From positions 32,182-96,181 of the forward strand of contig JBOFUV010000074.1 of NCBI GenBank assembly GCA_051652765.1: a DNA stretch of 64,000 nucleotides, in the 5' to 3' direction. A program made the position numbers and the translations under genes. Every line of letters starts with the position of its first letter. Within the stretch, counting starts at the first letter, position 1. Source of the DNA: Microcoleaceae cyanobacterium. GTDB lineage: Bacteria; Cyanobacteriota; Cyanobacteriia; Cyanobacteriales; Microcoleaceae. Shown here one piece after another: positions 41,371 to 52,600 of the stretch. The notes under the pieces were generated by a model. It was not told the origin of the DNA. It ran no database searches and saw nothing but the letters and a program-made list of their open reading frames with translations.

Positions 41371-41466
41371 TTCCCTGATGGTTAGCAGGCTTGGTTCCTA
41401 ATGGCCTGTCTTCTCTTAATACTAGTTCTACGAGCCTGCAATTTTATGCACATCTCTACGCCCATC

Positions 41467-42255
41467 TCACGAACGACAAAATTGTGAAGTCAGCCTTTCA
41501 GCAACTCTATTCAATTCTGGGGAAGGATTCTTTACCCCATAGATTTCCTGGAGAGCATCTGCCCAGAGCTGTTTTTGGGTAAAGTAATTTGCCCGTTCCA
41601 GAGTCATCCTTTCTGATGAATCAACCGGAGAGAGTTTTAGTTGATTTAATTCAGTTTGGATCTGTCGATGTTGTTCAGTATCGACAACTTTGAATTGCAC
41701 AGGCGGCATAGCCATTCTAGAGCTAGTAGCAGTTTCAAACACTCGCCATTCGTAAGTTTGACCTGGTGTTAAAGGTTCTCCATCATATTGTACAACAACA
41801 TAATTTACTGGAGATTCCTGAGGTATTTTTGTCCAACTCCACAGGGGCTTTGTATCAATATCACTCTCTTGTAAATGCAATTCAACCCGAGCTACATTAC
41901 CTTGCCAGATAAATGTTGGTTTTAAAGTCCAGATGGCTTCTATTGTCATAGATTGACCTGGAGCAATGGTACAAATTTCTCCGCGAGAGCCCCCTCGCCG
42001 TCGCTGTCCAGAATTGATTGCCGCTTCAATTTCTTCCCAGGAATTCGTTTGAGTCGCCAGATGAATTTCAGAGGTTTCTGTGTTTGGATGATTAGCCAAG
42101 GCAAGATCTGTGACAACTCCAAATAGAGCAGTTCCCACAATTACCCATGGAAAGAGAAGTCGAGACGATCTTAAAAGGTTATATTCTAGAGAATTAAGTT
42201 TTAAAGAATTAAGTTTTAAAGAATTAAGTTTTAAAAAACCATGACTAATTTTCAT
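41467..42255 (-). CDS. DUF928 exported protein
   Basis: GGSRGEIC.IAP, PTFIW, LTPGQTYEW, LWADAL; 4-bp overlap with the upstream gene. Confidence 0.82.
   Translation of the reverse strand: MKISHGFLKLNSLKLNSLKLNSLEYNLLRSSRLLFPWVIVGTALFGVVTDLALANHPNTETSEIHLATQTNSWEEIEAAINSGQRRRGGSRGEICTIAPGQSMTIEAIWTLKPTFIWQGNVARVELHLQESDIDTKPLWSWTKIPQESPVNYVVVQYDGEPLTPGQTYEWRVFETATSSRMAMPPVQFKVVDTEQHRQIQTELNQLKLSPVDSSERMTLERANYFTQKQLWADALQEIYGVKNPSPELNRVAERLTSQFCRS
42191..42235. repeat. In-frame 15-bp repeat GAATTAAGTTTTAAA x3 (LKLNS)
   Basis: Direct reading. Confidence 0.92.
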
Positions 42256-44660
42256 TTAATTTTCTCCTTGTAGGACGGTAATAGATAGATCCAGTAAACT
42301 GCTGAGGGCAACAACCAAGGCAACAAAATATTTGCCGAAACGAATAACTGCAAGCTAAATACTCCATAGAGTACTGTTACTAGCAACCCCTGCCGAAGCC
42401 AATACTGTTCAGTTGGGTAAAGCATCGTTGTTACTTTACCCAGCAGAGCTGCCAAAGGAATTAGCCACAATGGCGGAATCTGCCAGACAAAATGTCTGTG
42501 TAGCCAATGATGAATCATGTAGGCATGAAATTCGGCTCCGATGACTAACTTTGTGTCTCGCCGCCAGTAAGCCATGGGGAGGGGCATGGGGAATGTGTCT
42601 TCTCCCAGAGCAATGCCCGCTTCGTCATACCCTCCAGGGGTCAGGATAGGAATCTGATATTGAAGACCTGAATTCAACACTGTCTGAGGCCGTTGAATTG
42701 GCTGATCCAAAAGCTTCCAGGCCGGGATTGAGTCATAAACCTGTTCAGGGGGAATGGAAAAGTCAATAATTGGTTTTGGCCCATTGAACAGTCGTTGCCA
42801 GGGAGGTACATTCAAATGCTTTTGAAGAAAAATCAAAGTTGGGGAAGCTCGTTGATTTTTTATGCTATCTTGGGCAATATTCAGAATTCTGCTGCGAAAA
42901 TCTTTTGTATTGTTAGCAGGTTGCTCAGAGGATAAGAGAGATGAAGGCTCCTGTTGAAGTTCACTGGAGAGAGCCAGAATATAGGAGAATGGACAGGCAA
43001 ACTGACAGGATTGAGCGGCTGGAAGTTGCTCAATAACAGAGTCGGTAAAGTCAATATAGCCCTTTAAACTGTGCTCTGATTTAGCCACAACAACATTACT
43101 TTCTCTCCCATTCATTGGGTCTTGCAAACTAGCAAACACAATCCAGGTTTCCTGTTTTATTGCCTGATGTACAACTTTTTCAAGGGCTAAATCTTCTTTG
43201 GGATCTGCAAAAGGGCGATCAAGAATGTAGTCAATTCCAATTACATTGGGTTGAGAATAAAGTAACTGTTCCAAAATCTTTGCTAGTAAGATTCGGTCAA
43301 TTGGATGAACTTTTGTTGCGGCAATTTTTTGTCTTTGTATGGTCTCTTCATCAATTGTGACTAACTTAACTAATGGCGCAGTCTGAGGAATTTGGTGAGT
43401 GATGTCTCGATAAAATGCTTGTACCCATAATCGAGGATATAATAACAGATTTTCAGTAGGTAGTAAGCTCAAGCACAAGAAAATTAGTAACGTAGTTATT
43501 TCCCTTCGAGTGAGACAATAACCTAGGGGTTTGAGCTGAAATAATGGAGTATCTGGATGACGAAATAAGGAAGGAACTAAATGACCAGAAGGATAGGTAA
43601 TGTGGCAGGTCTTTTTTAGTTGCTCACAGGTCAACAAAATGGCTTCATGAACATCTTTATAGTTTTTAATCTCATCTAGAAAGCGAATTAAAAATTCTTC
43701 TGCTACTTTGTTGTGAATGGGTTCTCGCATCACTGCAACCTGACCTAAACCAACGGCATCAATTAGTGTGTTTGCAATACTCAAACCCTCACAAGAGTTA
43801 AACAATGCAAATTGTAGTCCTCGCTGTTGAGCCTGTTTTAAGTAAGGTAAAAGTTCTGTGATCAAAATTCCGGTATTGGGAGCGATCGCCAGTTCTCCTC
43901 CTGTGATTTGAGTCTCATTACTATGCCCCATAAAAATCAATAAATCCCATCCTTCATTATCAGCAATGGTCTGACAAACTTGTTCTTTTAGATTCTCCAA
44001 GTTATCTCCTTGCCAGCCAATAAAACTAACTTTAACTCTTCGTTGAATCAGGGATTGAATTGCCTGTGTTTCCCGAACGAAGTTCAAGCCCGTATCATCT
44101 CCTGAAATAACTAATACTCTGGTTGTTCGTCGAGGAGAGGATTGTCTGATATCGGCTTTCATACTGGCTGGAGTTCGAGCGATTCGAATCATTTTTCTAG
44201 CTGTAAGCTGAACTCCAATTTCCCATGCTTCCCAGGGTAGCCTCGATAGTTCCTCAGAGTAGCAAGTTAGGAAAATATCCACATAAACAGATGATGAATG
44301 ATTGATAGCATTAAATGAAACAACTGCCTGAGAAAGGGTTTCTCTAATTTCTAAAAGCTTTCCATCGCTGAGCCACCCGTGAAACTCAGATAATAGTTCT
44401 GCCTCTGCCTGAGCCACCTGCTTGCGCCAGTCAATTTGACCATCATTCACGATGTTCAAATTTCCACTAGCCTTTACCCGCGCTCGCATTGACTGATAGA
44501 AGTTGAGATATGCCTCACGCCACCTACGATAGGCAAGAATAACCGTTTGCGGATAGACAATCTGAGTGCCCAACTCTATACCAGTTCCACAAGTCAGTTC
44601 AAAGAAACAAACCTGCTCAACAGAGCGAACCTTCAGGCGAAAATAAGGTGGAATTGTCAT
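42252..44660 (-). CDS. CHAT (caspase-like) + CHASE2 membrane sensor
   Basis: RLPWEAW, LIFMGHS, LFNSCEG; TM; LVTIDE, PNVIGIDYILD, GAEFHAYM; C-terminal TM helices. Confidence 0.85.
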   Translation of the reverse strand: MTIPPYFRLKVRSVEQVCFFELTCGTGIELGTQIVYPQTVILAYRRWREAYLNFYQSMRARVKASGNLNIVNDGQIDWRKQVAQAEAELLSEFHGWLSDGKLLEIRETLSQAVVSFNAINHSSSVYVDIFLTCYSEELSRLPWEAWEIGVQLTARKMIRIARTPASMKADIRQSSPRRTTRVLVISGDDTGLNFVRETQAIQSLIQRRVKVSFIGWQGDNLENLKEQVCQTIADNEGWDLLIFMGHSNETQITGGELAIAPNTGILITELLPYLKQAQQRGLQFALFNSCEGLSIANTLIDAVGLGQVAVMREPIHNKVAEEFLIRFLDEIKNYKDVHEAILLTCEQLKKTCHITYPSGHLVPSLFRHPDTPLFQLKPLGYCLTRREITTLLIFLCLSLLPTENLLLYPRLWVQAFYRDITHQIPQTAPLVKLVTIDEETIQRQKIAATKVHPIDRILLAKILEQLLYSQPNVIGIDYILDRPFADPKEDLALEKVVHQAIKQETWIVFASLQDPMNGRESNVVVAKSEHSLKGYIDFTDSVIEQLPAAQSCQFACPFSYILALSSELQQEPSSLLSSEQPANNTKDFRSRILNIAQDSIKNQRASPTLIFLQKHLNVPPWQRLFNGPKPIIDFSIPPEQVYDSIPAWKLLDQPIQRPQTVLNSGLQYQIPILTPGGYDEAGIALGEDTFPMPLPMAYWRRDTKLVIGAEFHAYMIHHWLHRHFVWQIPPLWLIPLAALLGKVTTMLYPTEQYWLRQGLLVTVLYGVFSLQLFVSANILLPWLLPSAVYWIYLLPSYKEKIK

Positions 44661-44767
44661 AGATGATGCCGGATTTCAATCTGATTGCTTATAGTTTTTT
44701 GCACTCAGGTTTTTATGCAGTTTTGGCTTTATTCCAGAATTTCATGGGTGATTTAGCAGAACTCAAT

Positions 44768-46603
44768 TCAAAAATGATAATTAATATTAAAGTAAATGCC
44801 GTCATCTTGAATATTATTCCGGCGATCGCTCAAATCCACCAAAGGCAGTCCATAATCTAACTTTAAACTCATCCCTTTAATTCCCAGAAATGGTTCCCAG
44901 ATTAATCCCAATCCAGTTCCAGCCAGAAAGTTTTGACTCAGCAACTCATTGGGATTATTGGGCTGGTTCCAGACTGAACCTAGTTCTATAAAGGGAATAA
45001 TTTGGATCACGGGATTTCCCGAAGCATTGCGGGTTATAGTCACCCGATCTTCAATTGAAAAGCGAAAACCACTGTCTCCCGTTCGGACATTTTGGCGATA
45101 GCCCCTAACGGACTGAACACCACCAATGACCAACTGTTCAGAAGGCAACAAACTATCAGCAGCCAGTTGTAAATCCCCACGAATAACTAATAAGTGTCTC
45201 TCTCCCAATAGCTGCGCCCGTTGCACCTGACCTAACCAACTAAAAAATTCCCCATCGGGTACAGGAGAATCATTATTAGTTGCGCTAACAATTCCCAGGC
45301 CAAAGTTAAATTGCGATCGCATTGACCAGGAACCATGGGGATCTCGTTTGATGTAATCCTGACCAAATTGCAATACCCGAGTGTAACTGTTACCATCCTC
45401 ATCTGGGCCGATTCCAAAGGGTTGAGGAATATTATCAAAGGCAAAAGTCTGGCCATTTTGTAGGGCAAAACCCAGGGAAAGAATGAGTTCTTCTCTGGGG
45501 TTTCGGATCACAGGTTGATAATAGTTCAATTCATAACGAATCTGTTCTCCTCGAATGCCTAAATCGTCAAATGGATCTTGAGTGACTTCATTCCAGTTGG
45601 GTGAAACTCGCAGTTGAATTGTCCCATTCATCGGATTGACAGGAATGCTATAGGCAAAATCCAATACATTGGCTCCGCCTGTTGTGGTGCGGGAATAGGA
45701 GGCCGAAATTGCATCTCCTACCCCGTGGATATTGCGAAAACCTAAACCAATTCCGATGCGTTCTCCACCTACGCTAGGAGGTGAGTAATTATCAAAGCTA
45801 AGATTAGCAATGAAAGGACTTGCTTCATTAACTCGAACAATTAAAATACTTTTTCCAGCTTCTCCTTCGGGTCGTAAACTAGCTTCAATATTATTAAATA
45901 ATGGGTCAATTCTTAATAACCTGAGTTGATCTTCCAGCTTGCCAACATTCAGGGGTGTTGTGGCTCCCAGTTCAATCCGACTACGAATATAGCTCGTATT
46001 AACTCGCTGATTTCCTTCAATCTCAATTCGGGTCAATTCTCCCTCAGTCACTCGAATCTCAAGAATTCCTTCCTCAATAGTTTGAGAGACAGGTCTGGCT
46101 AGAGAAGTAATATAACCTGCGTTGATGTAAAGCTGAGTAATCTCATCGGCAATCTGACGCAGTTCTTCCAGGGTTAATTTTCGATTTTCATAGGGTTGAG
46201 TGACTGAATTAAAGTCAGCTTCAGTAAAAACCGTACTTCCTGTAACGTTAAGTTCACGCACAAAAATCTGTATGGATTCAGGGTTAGAAGTAGGTTCATC
46301 AGGTGCATCTTGAGCTTGAGTTAGAAGATCTAAATTTTCCTGACTTTCAGGAGCAAACAATAAATCTTCTATTGTTATTTTTGATACTCTATCAATAGAC
46401 TTTGATTCACAACAATGCTGCGCTTTTACGGAAGGGGATACAAAAGTAACTAACATTGACCCATAAATCATCCAGGCTTTAATCCAGGACTTAATCCGGA
46501 ATTTAAACCAGGAATTAATCCAAAAGTCAAAAAGGACTATTAAGGGCACACTTTTTCTTTCCCATCCTGGATTAAGATTAGCAAATCTCAACATTAACCC
46601 CAT
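44768..46603 (-). CDS. ShlB/FhaC/HecB-family two-partner secretion transporter (TpsB)
   Basis: POTRA (ITQLYINAGYITS), GGVQSVRGYRQN, terminal aromatic residue (INYHF); start uncertain (46603 or 46471). Confidence 0.93.
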   Translation of the reverse strand: MGLMLRFANLNPGWERKSVPLIVLFDFWINSWFKFRIKSWIKAWMIYGSMLVTFVSPSVKAQHCCESKSIDRVSKITIEDLLFAPESQENLDLLTQAQDAPDEPTSNPESIQIFVRELNVTGSTVFTEADFNSVTQPYENRKLTLEELRQIADEITQLYINAGYITSLARPVSQTIEEGILEIRVTEGELTRIEIEGNQRVNTSYIRSRIELGATTPLNVGKLEDQLRLLRIDPLFNNIEASLRPEGEAGKSILIVRVNEASPFIANLSFDNYSPPSVGGERIGIGLGFRNIHGVGDAISASYSRTTTGGANVLDFAYSIPVNPMNGTIQLRVSPNWNEVTQDPFDDLGIRGEQIRYELNYYQPVIRNPREELILSLGFALQNGQTFAFDNIPQPFGIGPDEDGNSYTRVLQFGQDYIKRDPHGSWSMRSQFNFGLGIVSATNNDSPVPDGEFFSWLGQVQRAQLLGERHLLVIRGDLQLAADSLLPSEQLVIGGVQSVRGYRQNVRTGDSGFRFSIEDRVTITRNASGNPVIQIIPFIELGSVWNQPNNPNELLSQNFLAGTGLGLIWEPFLGIKGMSLKLDYGLPLVDLSDRRNNIQDDGIYFNINYHF

Positions 46604-46628
46604 CGTTTTTTTCTCCCAGGGTGCAACT

Positions 46629-49600
46629 ATGAACGCGGTCAAGTTTTCTATCTGGTTTCGATTGCTACTGGTCTTGCCTACTACTATTCTGCTAAATTTC
46701 CCATTCCCCCCAGCAGTTGGCCTGACAAGTTCTGCTTTAGATTCGGAAAAATCTTTATTGAAATCATACTCTGCTCTTGAGTTTTCAGAACCTGAATTTT
46801 TAGAACCTGAATTTTTAGAACTTGAGTTTTTAGAACTTGAGTTTTCAGAACTTGAGCATCCAACCCAAAATTCTGTACTACTTTTGACTCAGGCCATCAC
46901 CCCTGCGAATGACGGTACAGGCACTCTTGTCAGCCCAGAAGGCAACCAATTCAATATCGACGGTGGAACTCGTTCGGGAGATGGAGCTAATTTGTTCCAT
47001 AGTTTTGAGAAATTTGGTTTAGATGCGGGCGAGATCGCTAACTTTTTATCCAATCCTGACATTCGCAACATTTTGAGCCGAGTGGTGGGGGGCGATGCCT
47101 CGATCATTAACGGGCTCATCCAGGTGACAGGGGGCTCATCCAACTTATTTCTGATCAATCCTGCGGGAATTATCTTTGGCCCCAATGCCAGCCTGAACCT
47201 GCCAGGGGACTTCACCGCCACAACTGCCAATGGCGTGCAATTCGGAGACCACTGGTTCAATGCGGAGGGGCTCAGCACCTATGAAACTCTGGTCGGGAAT
47301 CCTACGGGGTTTGCCTTCACGATGGCCAATCCTGGCAGCGTGGTTAACCTGGGAACCTTGGCCCTGGAGCCGGGGCACAACCTGACGTTGCTGGGGGGAA
47401 CAGTGATCAATGGGGGACAACTCAGCGCCCCTGAAGGTCAGATTATAGTTACAGCGGTACCGGGAGAAAATTTCGTGCGAATTAGCCAGGATGGCCAGTT
47501 GCTTAGTCTGGAAATTCGACCGATCACTCCAGATAGCGATCGCCCGAATGATTGGTCTCTGCCGATTACGGCCCTGCCTGATCTGCTTACCCGAGGGGCA
47601 GAGGGCTATGGAATGGAGGCACGGGTAAACCCAGACGGCACGGTGGAATTACAGGTTGAGGAAACGACTATTCCAGTCGATGCTGGAACGGCAGTGGTTT
47701 CGGGGCGTTTGGACAGTTCGGGGGAGGCTGGAGGAACCATTGGAATTTTCGGTGAAAAAATCGGGGTGATTGCTGCTGAGATAGATGCCTCTGGAACCCA
47801 GGGCGGCGGAACGGTGTTGGTGGGAGGTGGGTACAAAGGCCAAGGCGATGTACCAAATGCCCTGAGAAGTTTTGTTGATCAGGATTCAGTGATTAGCGCG
47901 GATGCCCTGATGAATGGTGAAGGCGGACGGGTGATTGTGTGGGCGGATGAAGCCACTGGATTTTATGGTCAGGCTAATGCACGGGGTGGTAATGAATCGG
48001 GGAATGGCGGTTTTGTTGAGGTTTCTGGAAGAGAGTATTTGGATTTTCAGGGAACTGTTGATGTGAGTGCCCCGATGGGAAATCCAGGAACGTTACTCCT
48101 TGATCCTCGAAATATTACGATTTCCAATGACCCAAGTTCATCAGGAGTTGATGAGGAATTTTCAATCATTAATCAAGATAACTTTGAGAATGAAGAGATA
48201 ACAATTAACCGAGATTCTTTGCAAAATCAGACAGGCGAAATTATTCTAGAGGCCAGTGATAACATCACAATTGCAGAAGGAGCTTCACTGAGTTTTGTTC
48301 CAGGAGAAGACATAACATTTACTGCCGACGCAAATCAAGATAATATTGGTAACTTTCAAATGGCTCAATCTCAATCCATTACAACTTCTGGTAGAAGCAT
48401 TAGTATTTCAGGTGTAAATATTACAGTTGGTATCATTGATGGTCGCGGAGATAGAAATGGTAATATTAATCTAAATGCTTTGGGAGATAGCACTACAATT
48501 GATGTTCGTTCTCCGGAGGATACCAATGCTTTATTAACCAGTGGAGCGGGAGAAATCAATCTTTTTGCCCCTGGAAATAACAGTCAAATTATTCTTGAAG
48601 GAAACATTTCTAGTCTAATTACTGATGCAGGAAATATTAACCTCACTGCTGGAAATGCAGCAGCCAGCGATGGGGGTTCTATTCAGATTAGGGGGAGTGG
48701 AATTGCAACTGTCTTTTCGCCTACTCCGATTACAATCAATCTGAATGCTTTAGGCAGTGGCAGTGAAATTAATGCTACAACAATCGCTGCATCTAGAGGA
48801 ATCATTAATTTTAATGTTGGTAGTGAAACCGCGACCCAACTCAGCTCGATTACCGTAGAACGCTTCATTGGAACATCTGGGATCAAAGGTGGTGCAGTTA
48901 ATATTAATCTTCTCGGAAATAATAGTTTTCTTGCTATTCCAGGTGATATTCGCACAACAGGCGGGAGTGTCAATATTAATGTAGGTAATTCAAATAGCTC
49001 AGGGAACTCAATTCAGATTGAACAAATTGATACAGACCGAGGTGATCTCGATCCTGATCTGACGAATGATCTGGATGACTCCAACAGAGATGCTAGCATT
49101 ACAATTAACGCTCCGGGCAGTGGTAGCGAAATTACTTTAGGTAATTTAAATACGACTGGTGGAAATGTTTCTGTTACAGCAGGTAATACAACAGCTAATC
49201 AGCCCAGTTTAATTCAAATTAATAACCTTATTGAAACAAGTAGCAATGGAAGTGGTGGAAATGTCAACCTTCAAGCACTAGGAAATGGTTCTGAAATTAC
49301 AACAGAAGACATTATTACGAATGGAGGCTCTGTTACTTTAACAGCAGGTAGTAATACTTCAGAAAATCCTAGTTCTATTAATTTAGGGTCGATTAGTACT
49401 TTTGATAGTTCTGGCAGTACTCCAGGTGGAGATATTACGATTGAAGTTCTTGGTAATGGTGGCACAGTCACCACTGCTGATACTCGAACAGGTGATCCAA
49501 CTAACCGAACTGTAGAGGGCGGAAATTTTGAGGTTACTGTGGGGAATAGTGCTGCAACTAATCCAAGTTCAATACTTTTAGATGCTATTAATACTAATGG

Positions 49601-52600
49601 AGGAGATATTACTCTTACTGTTTTGGGAAATGGAAGTAGAATTGAAACTATTAGTAGTGCAACTGGGTTTGGTGATATTAGAACAGATAGAGAAGGTGGA
49701 GTTGGAGGAAACGTTACTTTCACAGCGGGAAATGAAGCCTCAACTACTCCCAGTTCTATTGAAATAGGCCCAGTTAGAACTGATGGAGGAAATATAAACC
49801 TTACAGCTTTAGGAAATGACAGCACAATTACGACGAGAGTTTCAATTGCTACTTCTGGAGGTGAACTTAACCTCTCTGTACCGGATGGGAGTGTGATAGT
49901 CTCGAGCCAAGTTGGTCTGACTCAACCCGTCGGAGATATCAGAGTTGAAAGTGGGGATGTCACTCAGTTTAATGCAAGAGTTCTAGCTAATAGTTTAACA
50001 ACTGATAATGAGGGAACGACTGAACTTAACGCTGATATTACAACTACAAATGATCAAATTTATAATGATGCAGTCAGTCTTCTCGGAGACATTATTCTTG
50101 ATAGCAGTTTAGAGGATGGAAATATTGAATTCAGATCAACTTTGAATGGAAATTCCAATCTACAACTAAATTCTGGATTAGGAAATATTGTTCTAGGAAT
50201 AGTTGGAGATCAAACACCCTTATCTTCCCTAATCATTAATACGACAGGTCAAACTAATTTAGGGGGTAACATTAATATTGAAGGCTCAGGCGGGCTGAAC
50301 TTTACTAATCCGCCGAATATTCTACTAACCTCTGATGTTATGATTGATGTTAGTGCAGGAACAGCAGGAATTGATTTTAGTGGTGGAACTGTTGATGGAA
50401 ACTTTAATCTTAGACTGATAGCAGGAGATGGTGATATTACGTTAGGAGTGATTGGAGAAAACACACCTCTTTCTTCTCTGACAGCTAGTAGTTCAGGCCA
50501 AACTAATTTAAGTGGAAATATTACAACAAGTGGAGCTGGAGGAGTTAATTTTTCAGATATTACGGCACTTAATCTGACTGCTGATATTGGTATCAATACA
50601 AGTGGCAGTAAAGGTTTAGACAGTGGAGTAATTCTCTTAAATGGTGGAACAGTCAATGGAGCCGTTGCCTTGGGGTTAGATTCAGGTTCAGGAGAAATTT
50701 TCTTGGGTCAAGTAGGAAGCAACGAAGCCCTAAACTCTCTCAGTATTCGTACTTCAGGTTCAGTAATACTAGATGGAAACCTAACGACAAACGAGAGTAT
50801 TGACTTCACAAAAGTAACAGGTGGAACACAGATTAATACTAATACTATAATTACCAGCAACAACGGTAGTATTTTATTTAATGGTAGTCCAATTTCGGGA
50901 GAAGGGAACAGTTTAACTTTTGATACTCCGAATGAAGTCTCTTTAGACAATGTAGGAAGTCAGGGAGGAGAACTTGGAGAATTAGTTATTGGTAATGCTA
51001 ATATTGTTAACTTATTTGGCAACATTTTTACCAATGGAGGAATACAATTTCCAACTGTAACAACCATCAATCTAAATGCAGATTTAATTACGTTAGAAAC
51101 TGATAGTGATAATGGAGATGTTAATCTTGCTAATGCACTGATTACAGATGAAGGTCAGTTAATTATTAATGTTGGAACAGGAAATGTTGGTTTGGGATCG
51201 GTAGGAACTAAAGAAAATGTACTAGGAGGATTAACCATTGAAAGTGCAACTAACATCAATCTTTCAGGCAATATTTTCACGGATGGAGGCATAGACTTCT
51301 CAGGTGCAGAAGCAATTAATCTTGAGGCCAGTGAGATTCGACTTCAAACCAACAGCGATGATGGAAATGTTAATTTTACAGGCTCACTAGTTACTGGTAA
51401 CAGTGCATTAGTGATTAACGCCGGGGCAGGAAATGTTGGTTTGGGATCGGTAGGAACTAAAGAAAATGTACTGGGAGGATTAACCATTGAAAGTGCAACT
51501 AACATCAATCTTTCAGGCAATATTTTCACGGATGGAGGCATAGACTTCTCAGGTGTAGAAGCAATTAGTCTTGAGGCTAGTGAGATTCGACTTCAAACCA
51601 ACAGCGATGATGGAAATGTTAATTTTACAGGCTCACTAGTTACTGGTAACAGTGCATTAATTGTTAATGCTGGAGCAGGCAATATCAGTCTAGGAGGTGT
51701 AGGAAGCCTCAATCAACCCTTAGGACGTTTGACGATTGAAAGTGCAACTGACGTGAATCTTTCAAGCAATATTTTTACCAATAATGGTTTAGATTTCTCA
51801 GGGGCAGAAACGGTTAATCTTTTGGGAACTGAGATTATTCTTCAAACTACGAGTGAAACTGGAGCGATTAATTTGTTCGTTCCTGTTAATGCTTCTGGCG
51901 AGGGGACTGGGAATCTGACAATTAATACTGTCAACGGTCAGGTTGATTTGGGAATTATAGGAGATCAAAATCCAATCGCATCCTTAACTGTTAACACCGC
52001 AGGTCAAACTAATTTGGGTGGAAATATTACAACTTCAGGAGCAGTAAACTTCAGCGGCGCATCGAATGTTGATTTGATTTCTGATGTCGTTATTGATAGC
52101 AGTTCAGGGAATGGGGAAATTAATCTGAATGGCGGGAATATTGATGGAACTTTTGACCTAAGCTTGAATGCGAATTCAGGAAATATCACACTAGGAACAC
52201 TTGGCAGCAATATTCCTCTGCAGAACTTAACAGTCAACAGTACTGGAACCACTTTATTGAACAGTACAGTTAATGCAGAAAGTTTAACAACTAACCCTGA
52301 AGGCATCACTCAACTCAATGGAAATGTTACTACCAGTGGATTAGCAGGTCAAACTTATAATGACAGCCTGATAATTCTAGATAATCTGACTTTAACCGGG
52401 GATGAAATCAACTTTGAAGGCACTGTATCTGGAAATAATTTTGACTTGACTTTACAGCCTTTTAGCTCAAATCGAGCAGTAAATTTAGGCAATACAAGTA
52501 ATATTCCTAACAGCCTTAATCTAACCAATACTGAACTGAATTTACTCCTGAATGCCTCACAGAATGGCTTTAATTCCCTGACCATTGGCAGTGCTGAAAC

